Source: an uncultured delta proteobacterium (lineage in GTDB: Bacteria > Myxococcota_A > Polyangia > Palsa-1104). From it: a stretch of 64,000 nt of DNA. Below the pieces are notes generated by a model. It did not search any database and was not told where the DNA came from. It saw only the letters and a program-made list of their open reading frames with translations. The translations under genes were made by a program, and so were the position numbers. The stretch spans positions 320,001 through 384,000 of the forward strand of contig CAWAWS010000016.1 of assembly GCA_963785725.1 (NCBI GenBank), in the 5' to 3' direction. Numbering within the stretch: position 1 is the stretch's first letter; each line of letters begins with the position of its first letter. Positions 11,162 to 23,438 of this stretch are shown here, in pieces.

Positions 11162-12753
11162 CGCGGCGCCGACTCCGTGAAGCTGACTTCGCAGACCGCG
11201 TTGGGCAGGACGTCGAGCGTGCGTTCGGCGAGCGTCAGGCCTCCCGAGCGCAGGCCGATCGTGTGATGACCGGGCATCAGGCGCAGCTCGACGGCGCGGT
11301 CGCCGATGCGCGCGCCCGAATCGCGTCCGTCGGTGAGCACGATCGATCCCGGCAGCTTGGGCGCGGCGATGGCGCAGTGCACGCCGTGACGATAGAGCGC
11401 GGCGCCGGTGACGATGCTGCCCAAGATGAGCCCGACGACGACCGCCATCGACATCAGCTCGGCCGTCGGCTTGCGCGGCTCGGTCAGCCGCTGCACGCGA
11501 TGCTCCAGCGTCGGCAGCGCGGTCGGCGTGCCGTAATCGTCGGAGTCGTTGAGGTTGACCGGCTGCTCGGGCGCGTCGGGATCGATGCGCCAATGGCCGA
11601 ACTGGATGAGATCGTCGTCGCCGACGCCGGCGATGCCGGTGCCGTCGACGTGGGCGACGATGACGGTGATGTTGTCGGGGCCGCCGGCGCCGTTGGCCAT
11701 CTCGATCAAGATGCGCGCGGCCTCGTCGGGATCCTCGATCGCGCCCATGACGGCGGCGATCTCCTCGTCGCTGACGACGCCGACGAGGCCGTCCGAGCAC
11801 AAGAGCAGGCGATCGCCGCGGCGCAGGTCGACCTTCGACAGCTGCACCTCGACCTCTTCCTGCACGCCCAGCGCTTGCAAGATGACGTTCGAGTGCTCGA
11901 AGAACTTGGCCTGCTCGACGGTAATTTGTCCCGTCTCCAGCAGCTGATTGACGAGCGATTGATCGCGCGTGACCTGCGTGAACGCGCCTTGCCGCCACAC
12001 GTAAGCGCGGCTGTCACCGACCTGCGCGATGAGCGCCCAGTTGCGCCACAGCTGCACGGCGGTCATGGTCGTGCCCATGCCGCTGCGCGTGAGGTTCTCG
12101 CGCGCCTCGCGGAAGATGCGCGCGTTGGCCTCGCGCGCCGCGCCGCGCAGCTTGCGCGCGTGGCGCGTCTTGTCGTCGTCGACGGTGCCTTCGGGCGCGG
12201 CGATCATGGCCGCGTCGCACATCGTCTGCACGAGCGCTTCGATGGCCATGCCCGACGCCACTTCGCCGGCGGCCGCGCCGCCCATGCCGTCGCAGACGAC
12301 GAGCAAGGTGCCGCGCTCGCCCAAGTCGTGCTGCACGAGCGGCTCGATCTCGCGCTGACCGTCGTCGAGCCGCACGATGACGAAGCTGTCCTCGTTGTGC
12401 TCGCGGATGAGCCCGACGTCGGTGCGACCCATCAGGCGCACGGACGTCGGCCCGCCCTCGACCGCGTCCAGCTTCCGCGCCGGCGTGGCCACGGCCTCTG
12501 CCTTTTCCGCCGCGTCGACTTTGTCCGGCTCTTTTTCCGCGGCCGCTTCGACTTTGTCCGCCGGCTCTTTGTCTTCGTGCGCGGACGCCGCTTCGACTTT
12601 GTCCGCCGGCTCTTTGTCTTCGTGCGTGGGCGCGGCTTCGACTTTGTCCGCCGCCGCGTCGTCGGCGACGTCGTCGTCGTGCGGCGCGGGCTTCAAGGCC
12701 GCCTCGCCGGGCGCCGCCGAGCCTTCCGTCTTTGCTTCTTCGGGACCGGCCAC
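11158..12753 (-). CDS. PP2C (Stp1/PrpC-type) protein phosphatase with C-terminal TM
   Basis: TDVGLIREHNEDS, VCDGMGG, GTT, VGDSRAY, CSDGL, GGPDNITV. Confidence 0.92.
   Translation of the reverse strand: MAGPEEAKTEGSAAPGEAALKPAPHDDDVADDAAADKVEAAPTHEDKEPADKVEAASAHEDKEPADKVEAAAEKEPDKVDAAEKAEAVATPARKLDAVEGGPTSVRLMGRTDVGLIREHNEDSFVIVRLDDGQREIEPLVQHDLGERGTLLVVCDGMGGAAAGEVASGMAIEALVQTMCDAAMIAAPEGTVDDDKTRHARKLRGAAREANARIFREARENLTRSGMGTTMTAVQLWRNWALIAQVGDSRAYVWRQGAFTQVTRDQSLVNQLLETGQITVEQAKFFEHSNVILQALGVQEEVEVQLSKVDLRRGDRLLLCSDGLVGVVSDEEIAAVMGAIEDPDEAARILIEMANGAGGPDNITVIVAHVDGTGIAGVGDDDLIQFGHWRIDPDAPEQPVNLNDSDDYGTPTALPTLEHRVQRLTEPRKPTAELMSMAVVVGLILGSIVTGAALYRHGVHCAIAAPKLPGSIVLTDGRDSGARIGDRAVELRLMPGHHTIGLRSGGLTLAERTLDVLPNAVCEVSFTESAPR
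12515..12655 (-). repeat. coding tandem repeat (DKVEAA...EDKEPA) in the PP2C N-terminus
   Basis: Motif (t)cgactttgtcc recurs about four times with a 45-bp period, shorter for the last unit. Confidence 0.7.
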
Positions 12754-12754
12754 G

Positions 12755-14239
12755 TTATGGCTCGTACCGCAGCAGCTGATCGCCGACGCGCAAGAGATCG
12801 CCCGCTTTCAGCTCGCGATCGCCGCGCACGCGCACGAACGTGCCGTTGGACGAGCCCAGATCCTCGAGCCGTGCCTTGTTGCCCACGCGCTTGACCGCGG
12901 CGTGGCGGCGCGACATGAACTCGTCGTCGGGAAACGTCACGTCGCCCTCCTCGCGGCCGAGCACCAGCTCGGGCCTCGTCAGATGCCAGACATCTCGTGC
13001 CGTTCCCGCGATCGTCAGCTGCCGCAAGCGTCCCCAGGCTTCGCGCGGCACCGAGCCGAAGATGCGCACGCCGTGCTCCACCAGCGACGGCGGATCGCGC
13101 TCCTCCAAGGCCAGCGGCTCGTAGCGCAGCAGCTCTTTGCCGACGAGGAAGGAGTCGCCGGGCAAGAGCTCGCACGTCGTCACGCGCACGAACACGCCGT
13201 TGACGCCGTCGAGCGGCCGCAAGATCGGCTTGCCGCCCTGCCACAAGATGCGCGCGTGGCGAGCGGCCAAGTAGGGATCTTCGGCGAAGTTGAGGCTGCC
13301 TTCGGTGCGGCCGATGTCGAAGGCGTCGCCGGTCATCTCCACGGCGCGCCCGTCGCTGCCGTCGCGATTGACGGCGATGAGCGTGCCGTGCGACGGCGTC
13401 GTGGCCGGCATGTCGGGGTCGGTCGTCGTCGGCAGCGCGGTCGGGCGCTGGTCGGTCGACGGCGACGGCGACGCGGCGCGCAGCAGCTCGAGGTTGGCCG
13501 GCGTCGGCGCCATCGTCTGCGCGAAGGCTTCGTTGCCGCCACCGGCGCCGTTGCCGCGGCTCGGCGTCGCCACGCGCGCGGCCGTGATGCCCGACGGCTG
13601 CGGCGCCGAGCGCGGCATGCCCGCCGGCGGCGTCGGCGTGACGACTCCGACGGTGTTGGCGACGCCCATCGTGTTGACGCCCATCGGCTGCGCCGCCACC
13701 GACGCGACCGGCTGCGCCGCGACGCCGCCCGATCCCGACGCCGACAGCGGCGACGGCGCGTTGCGCGCCGACGGCGCCGCCGCGCCCGGCGACGACGACA
13801 AGCGCTGTCCGCAGTGCTGACAAAAGGCGAAGCCGACCGGCGTGCCCTTGCCGCAGGCGGGACAGATCGCCTTCGGCGCCGACGGCTGCGACGCGGCCGG
13901 CGCCACCGCCTGCGGAATCGGCGCGGCGACCACGACCGGCGGCGCGACGACCGGCGGCGCGACGACCGGCGCGACCGACGTGTCGACGGCCATCGTCGCC
14001 GCGCTACCGAGCGACGCGGGCCCAGGCACGGCCACAGCCTTGGACGCGAGCGAAGTGCCGCACATCTTGCAGAAATTCATGCCCGGCGGGTTTTGCGTCC
14101 CGCACGCGCTGCAAGTGGTCCCCGCGGCGGCGGCGGCCGGTTTGGGCGCTGCCGCCGCCGGCTCCAGCCGATGGCCGCAGTCCTGGCAGAACAGCGAGCC
14201 TTCCCGGTTGACCTTCCCACAATGGGTGCAACGTGGCAT
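12755..14239 (-). CDS. zinc-ribbon repeat plus tandem FHA-FHA protein
   Basis: Three CxxC..FCxxCG ribbons, a Pro/Ala linker, and FHA motifs IGR..RHA..NGVF and LGR..SRRHA..DLGSSNGT. Confidence 0.87.
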   Translation of the reverse strand: MPRCTHCGKVNREGSLFCQDCGHRLEPAAAAPKPAAAAAGTTCSACGTQNPPGMNFCKMCGTSLASKAVAVPGPASLGSAATMAVDTSVAPVVAPPVVAPPVVVAAPIPQAVAPAASQPSAPKAICPACGKGTPVGFAFCQHCGQRLSSSPGAAAPSARNAPSPLSASGSGGVAAQPVASVAAQPMGVNTMGVANTVGVVTPTPPAGMPRSAPQPSGITAARVATPSRGNGAGGGNEAFAQTMAPTPANLELLRAASPSPSTDQRPTALPTTTDPDMPATTPSHGTLIAVNRDGSDGRAVEMTGDAFDIGRTEGSLNFAEDPYLAARHARILWQGGKPILRPLDGVNGVFVRVTTCELLPGDSFLVGKELLRYEPLALEERDPPSLVEHGVRIFGSVPREAWGRLRQLTIAGTARDVWHLTRPELVLGREEGDVTFPDDEFMSRRHAAVKRVGNKARLEDLGSSNGTFVRVRGDRELKAGDLLRVGDQLLRYEP

Positions 14240-14330
14240 CTCGCGCGTGACCTCGGGAGTCCAAAGGGAGATTCAGGTTTACGGCCCCCGCTACTCTGTA
14301 CTAAACAACGGAGCCGCTTCTTCTCAGATC

Positions 14331-15530
14331 ATGAAAGTATCAAGACGCAAAGACCAGATCAAGCCGACGACCTTCCTTATATGGATGGTCTTGGCCGGCT
14401 GTGCCCCCGTCGTGGCTCAGGCCCCCTTCAGCCATCGCAGCGACACGGTCGAGCCCGGCGACCTTCTCGGCGCCTTCGACGGCCGTGTCGTCGACTCGCT
14501 GAGCGGCAAACCCTTGGCCGGCGCCATCGTCCAGGCCGACTGGGCGTTCGAGGTCGGTCGCGGGCTCATCGGCCCTGCCGGCGGCGTGTCGACGACCGTC
14601 GCCACCGACGCCGACGGCCACTACTTCATCGAGCGCCTCGACCACGCGCCGGTGCACGCCCGCGTCGCCAGCGTCGTCGTCGTCGTCTACCAGCGCGGCT
14701 ACGTCGCCTATCGCAGCGACCGCGTCTTCGACGGCTCGCGCACCCGCACCGACTTCTGCCAGCACAACAACGTCGCCAAGCTCGACCGCTGGAACCCGGG
14801 GCTGTCGCACGTCAAGCACGTCCGCTTCGTCGGCGGCGCGGGCGCCATCAAGCGCGCGCTCGGCTCGGAGCTGGTGGAGGCGAGCCTCGAGCTGACATCG
14901 GGCCCGGTGCAGCAGATCGCGCCCGCCGCCGAATCGACCCGGCCGCTCGACGCCACGGTGCTGCTCAGCGCCGACGAGCTCAAGGCGGTCACCGGCTACA
15001 AAGGCAACTTCACCGTCGACAAGCTGGGCGACCTACCGACGACGCCGACTTATGACAGCCGACACTTCCGCGCCGCCGAGAAGGCCGAGACGTTCGATCT
15101 GGCCCTGCGCGTCTGGAAGCTGTCGCCGATCTCGGCGCAGGCGCGCTACGACAAGCTGCTCAAGGACATCCCGCACGCGCAAGCCAAGGACGAGGTGGCC
15201 GACTCGTCGCTGCGCGGCTATGACGGGCGCATCATCGCCGTCGCCGCCATCGATAATACGCGCGGCGTCGTCGTCGAGCTGACCTGCGGCCTCGACCAGT
15301 GCCGCGACGCCGATCAGGCGACGGCGCTGCTCAAGCGCATCATGACGCGCGCCGATCGGCTCGGGCAGCAGGCGCCGAAGCCTGTCGAGCAGGCGCCGCC
15401 GCAAGAAGCGGAGCCGAAGCCGGAGACGCCGGTGGAAGCCACGCCGGAAGGTGAAAAGCCGACGGAGCCAAAGCCGGCCGAAGAAGAAAATCCGTTCAAA
15501 CTGCGTCAGCCGGAGCTCAAGCAGCGATGA
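14331..15530 (+). CDS. putative lipoprotein with carboxypeptidase-regulatory-like beta domain
   Basis: Lipobox VLAGC; GRVVDSLSGKPLAGA...TDADGHYF; acidic Pro-rich tail. Confidence 0.65.
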   Translation: MKVSRRKDQIKPTTFLIWMVLAGCAPVVAQAPFSHRSDTVEPGDLLGAFDGRVVDSLSGKPLAGAIVQADWAFEVGRGLIGPAGGVSTTVATDADGHYFIERLDHAPVHARVASVVVVVYQRGYVAYRSDRVFDGSRTRTDFCQHNNVAKLDRWNPGLSHVKHVRFVGGAGAIKRALGSELVEASLELTSGPVQQIAPAAESTRPLDATVLLSADELKAVTGYKGNFTVDKLGDLPTTPTYDSRHFRAAEKAETFDLALRVWKLSPISAQARYDKLLKDIPHAQAKDEVADSSLRGYDGRIIAVAAIDNTRGVVVELTCGLDQCRDADQATALLKRIMTRADRLGQQAPKPVEQAPPQEAEPKPETPVEATPEGEKPTEPKPAEEENPFKLRQPELKQR

Positions 15531-16873
15531 AGCGCGCTCTTTGCCTCGCGTTCGTCCTCGTGGCCGCCGCGGCGCCGGCGGCGCGCGCGTATCACGCCAC
15601 GACGCACGCCGGGATGACCGAGCGCGCGGCGCTGGCGTCGTCGCTGCACAAGCGGCTCATCGAGCGTTACGGACGCGCGCTCGGGCTGTACGAGCCGTTG
15701 ACGCTGGAGGAGCCGCGCACGAAGCAGCAGCGTGAGCTCGCGCGCCAGCTGCAGCTGCTCGACCCCGAAGGCGGCTACCTGCCCGATCGCGGCCGCTTGA
15801 CGGCGATCGGCTGGCTGACGGCGGGCGCGGCGTTGGAAGCCGTGCCGGCGGCGCGCCTGCGCAACCACTTCTACGATCCGTCGCGCAATCGCGGGCTCGA
15901 TCAGGTCGGCGACGCGCTGCGCACCCGCATCGACGCCGCCACGACCGGTGTCGGCACCGTGCGCGGCATCTTCACCGGCGAGAGCTTCGACGGCTCGGGC
16001 ATGGCCGCGCCCGATTGGCTGCGCGCCAACGAGAACGAATGGGGCCTGCGCCGCTTTGCCGACGAGCTCGAGCGCTCGATCGCGGCGCCGACGGCGGCCG
16101 AGCGCGACGGCGCGTTGGCAGAGGCGCTGTTGGCCGCGGGCGCGATGCTGCACGTCATCGAGGACGCCGGCGATCCGACGTTCGTGCGCGACGATTATCG
16201 CGTGGCGCTCGAGGCCGACGCCGGTCCGTACGAGCGCTTCGTGGCGCTGGAATATGGTCGCCTGGGCGTGCCCGAAGCGGAGGGGCCGACGATCGTCGTG
16301 CCGTCGCTGTTGGCGCTCTTTCACGACGGCAACGGTAACGGCTTGGCCGATCGCACGCAGATGCGCTTCTTCTCGCCGGGCACGCTGCCCGACAGCGGTC
16401 GTTACGGCTTGCCGCAGGCGTTCGCCGCGGCGGGAACCAGCGGCTACGTCGCCGGGGCCGTGCCGCATTTGGCCAAATATCGCCGCACGAAAGAGGGCGT
16501 CGCCTGGACGCTCGACGAGCGCTGCTGGGCCGATTACGCCGCGACGCTCGTGCCGGAGACGACGCGTTACGCCGCCGGCGCGCTCGAGCTGCTCTTCCGC
16601 GGCCGCATCGAGATCGCCAGCAGCAACGGCATGGCGACGCTGCGCGTGCACGATGTCGCGCTCGGCGGCGGCCGGCTCAGCATCTACGCCGACATCGCCG
16701 GCGGGCCGCGACAGCTCGTGTCGACGCAAGACGTGACCGGCGCCGGCGACGGCGACAAGCTGCGCGACCTGACGCTGCCGGCGGGCGCGCGTCGGCTCGG
16801 CGCCGTCTTCCGCGGCGTCGACGCGCACGGCGAGCCGCTCGTGATCGCGCAAGACACGCTGCTGCCGCGATAA
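15527..16873 (+). CDS. secreted protein with Zn phospholipase C / P1-nuclease-like motifs
   Basis: Signal peptide ending AARA; mature YHATTH, RNHFYDP, LHVIED and YE motifs. Confidence 0.55.
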   Translation: MKRALCLAFVLVAAAAPAARAYHATTHAGMTERAALASSLHKRLIERYGRALGLYEPLTLEEPRTKQQRELARQLQLLDPEGGYLPDRGRLTAIGWLTAGAALEAVPAARLRNHFYDPSRNRGLDQVGDALRTRIDAATTGVGTVRGIFTGESFDGSGMAAPDWLRANENEWGLRRFADELERSIAAPTAAERDGALAEALLAAGAMLHVIEDAGDPTFVRDDYRVALEADAGPYERFVALEYGRLGVPEAEGPTIVVPSLLALFHDGNGNGLADRTQMRFFSPGTLPDSGRYGLPQAFAAAGTSGYVAGAVPHLAKYRRTKEGVAWTLDERCWADYAATLVPETTRYAAGALELLFRGRIEIASSNGMATLRVHDVALGGGRLSIYADIAGGPRQLVSTQDVTGAGDGDKLRDLTLPAGARRLGAVFRGVDAHGEPLVIAQDTLLPR

Positions 16874-17027
16874 CCCTCGGCGCTATGCCACGCCTGCGCC
16901 GCTCGCCGACGGCGCGCCACCCGCACGACGAGCCATGCGACGCCGATCGCGAATCAGTCGTGATGCCGTTCAGTAGGCGGTTTCACCGACGGGCGTCAGC
17001 GATCGAACCTAGATCAGCGTCGCTGAC

Positions 17028-17951
17028 TTAGATCGTCTTGAGCTTGGCGCGAACGCGGGTCTGACGGAGCAGCTCGGCGCTCGCCGCCGGGTCGACGGCC
17101 GCGGCCAAGCTGGCGCGATTGAAGGCGCCCTCGCTGTCGCCGTCGGCGATGAGCGCGCGCGCTTCGTCGAGCCAGCGCGCGATAATGCCGGCGTCGGCTG
17201 CGACGGCGACGGCTGCTTGCGCCGCGCGCACGTCTTCGTGGCTGCCTTCGGCGGCGGCGCGCGCGGCTTCGGCGGCGCGCTCGGCCCGCGCCGCGCCGTT
17301 CGGCGTCGTGGCCGCGGCGCGCGCGAAGCTGGCCGCGGCCGCGTCGAAGCGCGCCGCCCGCCGCTGCAGCGCGCCCAAGAGCGCCCACGCGTCGCCGGCG
17401 TCTTCGTCGAGCGCGACGGCACGCGCCAACGCCGCCTCCGCCGCCGCGTCTTCGCCTGCGCCGAACGCGCGCTCGGCCGCTTCCAAGTGCCACGCCGCCG
17501 CTTCGGGATCGACCTTCAGCGCCGCCGTGGTCTGCTTGAGCCGCACGCGCTCGTCGATGCCCTCGTCGTCGAACACGTCCTTGAACTCGCCCTCGCGATC
17601 GACGAGCAGGCCTTCGCGCGCCATCACCGCCGTCAGGAACAGCTCCAGCGTCGAGCCGACGATGATCGCCGCGCCGTCGTCGTCACGCGAGCGCAGGCGG
17701 CCGTCGGCGGCGAGCTCGAGCGTGCCCTCGGGCCACTCGCCGACGAGGCGCACGCCGTCGCGGAGGTCGTGCTCGGCGAGCGGCAAGATGATCACGGTGT
17801 CATGGAACAGCCGCACGCCATCCCACGAGCGCAAGAAGTCGGCCAGTCCCGGCGTCAGCGACGGTGGCACGGGCGACAAGGGCGCGCCCAAGTCGTGCAC
17901 ACCGTCGGCGTATTTGCGCAGCTCGACGCGGAAACGATCGAAGAAGGCCAT
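17028..17951 (-). CDS. SMI1/KNR4 (SUKH)-like domain plus TPR protein
   Basis: LGAP...LADFLRSWDGVRLF SUKH-like core, followed by Ala-rich TPR helices. Confidence 0.6.
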   Translation of the reverse strand: MAFFDRFRVELRKYADGVHDLGAPLSPVPPSLTPGLADFLRSWDGVRLFHDTVIILPLAEHDLRDGVRLVGEWPEGTLELAADGRLRSRDDDGAAIIVGSTLELFLTAVMAREGLLVDREGEFKDVFDDEGIDERVRLKQTTAALKVDPEAAAWHLEAAERAFGAGEDAAAEAALARAVALDEDAGDAWALLGALQRRAARFDAAAASFARAAATTPNGAARAERAAEAARAAAEGSHEDVRAAQAAVAVAADAGIIARWLDEARALIADGDSEGAFNRASLAAAVDPAASAELLRQTRVRAKLKTI

Positions 17952-17954
17952 ATC

Positions 17955-19259
17955 TTACGGGGCAGCTCGGCAGCGAACGTAGGCGCGATCGCGGATGCGC
18001 TTTTCGGCGTCGTGCAGCTTGGTGGCCGCGGCCGCGTCGGGCTTGCCGTCGGGCGGCGCCAGCTCGAACGCGCGACAGGTGGCCCAGGCGCTGTCGACGT
18101 AGTTCTTCGCCTGATACTGCGCGTCGCCGAAGCGCGTGAGCGCGCCGACGAGCTTGTCGATGAGCTTGTCGTGGCCGGGCGTGCCGTCGGTCATGTCGTC
18201 GAGCATGCGCATGGCGCTCTCGAGCCCTTTGCGATCGCCGAGCAGGATCTTGGCCGCCGCCGACTTCTCGGCCTGCTCGTCCTCGGGCGCGCGCACCGCC
18301 AGATTGCGCAGCCGGCGCGCCTCCGGATTGGCCGGGTCGAGCTCCAGCGCCTGATCGAGCTCGAGCTTGGCCTCGACATACTTGCGCTCGCCGAGCAGCG
18401 TCTTGCCCTGCTGGCGATGCGCCGCCGCCTGCCGCACGAGCCGCGCGATCGCGTCTTTGCCCGGCGCCTGCACCGGCTTCGGCTTATGCAGGAGCACGCC
18501 GACCATGATGAACAGGAGCAGCACCGTGCCCGCCGCGGCGCCGCCGAGCGCGAACAGCTGCGTGCGCGGAATCTCGTTGGGCACGTCGCTGGTGCGGCCG
18601 ATGCTCTCGCCTTCGACGCGGAAGCTGAGCTCGCCGAAGCGCACGGTGTCGCCGGCATGAAAGAGGCCGCGGCCGATCTTGCGCTCGTTGATGTAGCTGC
18701 CGTTGGAGGAGCCGAGATCCTCGATCTCCAGCTCGCCCGGGCCGCGCCGATAGAGCCGCGCGTGCTTGCGCGACAGCGACGGATCGTCGAGCACGACGTC
18801 GTTGTCGACGGCGCGTCCGACGGCGATCTCGGCCGCCGTCAGCTCGTAGACGCGCCCGTCGTACGGTCCGCCTTCGGCGATGATGCGCATCGGCGACAGC
18901 CCCGGCAACGGCAACGAGCCCGGCACCGGCGTCACGCGCTGCACCGCCACCGGCTGCTCGGAGGCGTTCAGCGACTCCACTTCGATGCGAAACTCGGCGA
19001 CGTCGATGCGCGAGCCCGGATGCACGTAGGTCGGCTGTGTGATGCGCACGCCGTCGACGATGACGCCGTTGGCCGAGCCTTCGTCGACGATGCAGGGCTG
19101 GCCGCCCTCGACGTACATGCGGGCGTGACGGCGCGACACCGACGCCGACGGCAGGATGAGCTGCCGATCGGCGTCGCGGCCAATGGTCAGCTCTCCGACC
19201 GCGAGCTCGGAGCGCCCCACTTCACGTCCGTCACGATCGAGCGCGTTGATGCGCCACAT
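17955..19259 (-). CDS. FHA-FHA-TM-TPR membrane protein
   Basis: IGR..SVSRRHA..DEGSANG and VGR..SLSRKHA..DLGSSNGS; TM helix; TPR ALELDPAN. Confidence 0.87.
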   Translation of the reverse strand: MWRINALDRDGREVGRSELAVGELTIGRDADRQLILPSASVSRRHARMYVEGGQPCIVDEGSANGVIVDGVRITQPTYVHPGSRIDVAEFRIEVESLNASEQPVAVQRVTPVPGSLPLPGLSPMRIIAEGGPYDGRVYELTAAEIAVGRAVDNDVVLDDPSLSRKHARLYRRGPGELEIEDLGSSNGSYINERKIGRGLFHAGDTVRFGELSFRVEGESIGRTSDVPNEIPRTQLFALGGAAAGTVLLLFIMVGVLLHKPKPVQAPGKDAIARLVRQAAAHRQQGKTLLGERKYVEAKLELDQALELDPANPEARRLRNLAVRAPEDEQAEKSAAAKILLGDRKGLESAMRMLDDMTDGTPGHDKLIDKLVGALTRFGDAQYQAKNYVDSAWATCRAFELAPPDGKPDAAAATKLHDAEKRIRDRAYVRCRAAP

Positions 19260-19285
19260 TCAGATGAGGTCCGCCGCGCGATGCA

Positions 19286-21352
<2,067 letters not shown>

Positions 21353-21589
21353 TCGGTCGTCGGCTCCTCGCGCAAATACGGTGTAACCCGCGTAACTCTA
21401 CGAAAAATAATAGGCGACGGTCAAGTTTTAACGGCCCAAAAGCGCGGCCAATTCATCGCCGAAAACGGTCCAGACGGCCCCGAGCGTCAACGCTAGGATC
21501 GCGCCGCGGATGAGCCATTCGGTCAGTCGGCCAGATTCCGTGTCCATGGCGTTTCCATTAGCGCGGGTCGCACGCTACCATGACCAGCC

Positions 21590-22150
21590 ATGCGTAGCCT
21601 ATGCATGTGCATCGTGTTGTTGCTGGCGGCTCCCGCCGGCGCGGCCAAGTGGTACGTCGTCGTACGCGGTGTCGAGGACGCCGACGGGGTCAAGAGCGGC
21701 ATCCGCGACGAGGCGCTGCGCGTCTTCACCGACGAGCTGAAGAAGCATCCCGAGCTGACGCTGGAGGCGCCGCCGGGCCTGCCGACCGAGCCCGAGGCGC
21801 TGGAAAAGGCGCTCATCGCCAAGAAGCTCAAAGCGCTCGAGCTCACCCTGCGGATCTTGTCGGTTTCGCAGGAGGTGAGCGCGCCCGGGCCGGGCAAGCG
21901 CTTTCAGACGCTGATGCGCGGCATCAAGCTCTCGGTGTTCGGCGATTCGTTGCCCGAGAAGGTGATGGCGATCGGCGGCAACGGCGACGCCACCGTCGGC
22001 GTCGAGATCAACCCGGGCGCCGACTTGGAGAAGGAAGGCAGGCCGGCGCTCGTCGACGCCACGCGCGAAGCGGTGCGCCAGGCCGTCGACATGACGGTGC
22101 AGAAGCTGAAGATCGGCGACAAAGCGCCCAAGCTGAAGCGCAAGAAGTAG
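21590..22150 (+). CDS. secreted hypothetical protein
   Basis: Signal peptide; typical codon usage; TACCAT just upstream of the ATG. Confidence 0.7.
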   Translation: MRSLCMCIVLLLAAPAGAAKWYVVVRGVEDADGVKSGIRDEALRVFTDELKKHPELTLEAPPGLPTEPEALEKALIAKKLKALELTLRILSVSQEVSAPGPGKRFQTLMRGIKLSVFGDSLPEKVMAIGGNGDATVGVEINPGADLEKEGRPALVDATREAVRQAVDMTVQKLKIGDKAPKLKRKK

Positions 22151-22154
22151 CCGC

Positions 22155-23190
22155 TTACGAGATCGGCGGCGGACCGGGGCAGCCGTAGACGACGCTGACT
22201 TTGGTGTTGGCGTCGTTCTTGAGCGCGTCGCAGGCCGCGCCGTGCAAGGTCACCGTGTTCGTCGCCGGATCGTACGTGTAGCCGACCGTCGGTGACGGCG
22301 AGACCGGCGTGCCGTTCTCGGTGACGGTGATGAGCGACGGATCGGGCGCCGCCTGCGTCATCTGGAAGTCGCACGAGACGATACCGCCGGCGATGGCGTC
22401 GAACGCGGCCATCAAGTCGGCGCTCGAATTCGTCTGGTAGTAATGCGTCGCGCCGCTGCGCGCGGTGTGGCCGGCGTCGGCCCAGGCGTTGAGCAGCGTC
22501 GGATCGGTGTTGGTGGCGGCGCCGATGCCGATGACGAACGTCGACACCGACGGCGAGGCCGAATACAACGTGGCGATGCGCGACGTGACGTCGGTGTCGC
22601 CGCAGTTGGGCTCACCGTCGGTGGCGAGGACCACGTAGTTGGCGCGCGTCGTGTCGCCGAGCGCCTTCGATTGGATGACGGCGTCGAGCGTGGCGGCGGT
22701 CGGCGTGTTGCCGCCCGGCTTGTGCGCGGCCACGGCCGTCAGCACCGCCTGGCCGTTGCCGGCGGCGATCGCGCCCGGCACGCCGGCACCGCAGTCGTTG
22801 TCGCTGGCGAAGAAGGTCGCGCCGAGGCGCATCTGCGCGTCGTAGGTCGTCACCAGCGACTGCATGGCGCTCGTCAGATCGGCGTATTTCGTCGTCTTCG
22901 AGCCGGCGGCGATGGCGTCGCTCATCGAGCCCGAGCGATCGAGGACGAGCATGACGTTGGGCGGAACGCGCGTGAGCGCGAACTCCTGACCGCCGCACTC
23001 CATGTCGTCGGTGCCGCCGCCGTTGCCGTTGCCGGTTGCTGCTGCCGCCGTCGCTGTTGCCGCTGCTGCCGGCGAGATCGGCGTTGGCGCCGGGCAGGTT
23101 CGTCGTCGTGGTCGTCTTCGGATGATCGGCGGCGCTCGAGCAGCCGAAGGCAAACACGGTCAAGCCAAGGCACATGGTTCGATTTCGCAT
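22155..23190 (-). CDS. VWA-domain lipoprotein (frameshift near 23034)
   Basis: Lipobox AFGC; MIDAS motif LVLDRSGSM, GNTPT, LATDGEPNC; myxobacterial-type Cys tail VVYGCP. Confidence 0.8.
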
Positions 23191-23202
23191 GCGGCGCGAC
23201 TT

Positions 23203-23218
23203 AGCGAGCCCGATGCCA
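23203..23218 (-). promoter_or_regulatory. sigma54 -24/-12 promoter of the VWA lipoprotein gene
   Basis: TGGCATC-GGGC-TCGCT on the minus strand. Confidence 0.55.
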
Positions 23219-23406
23219 GCCGGCGACGACGCGATCTCGACTGTTTACGCGATCAGGCTAGGTCAACTGGCCCTAGCTGATCCGTTGTAACGCAGATTCG
23301 CTGCTGACAACTGACCCCTCCACGGCGAAGCTACAACTGGGGCGGCGAGCCCCACCCCAGCGCCGCCCATGACGTGTCCTATCCCATGGTTACGGGCTTC
23401 CACGGA

Positions 23407-23422
23407 TGGTACGGGCGGTGCT
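23407..23422 (+). promoter_or_regulatory. sigma54 -24/-12 promoter of the subtilase gene
   Basis: TGGTACG-GGCG-GTGCT. Confidence 0.5.
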
Positions 23423-23438
23423 TATCCGGCACGTGCGC

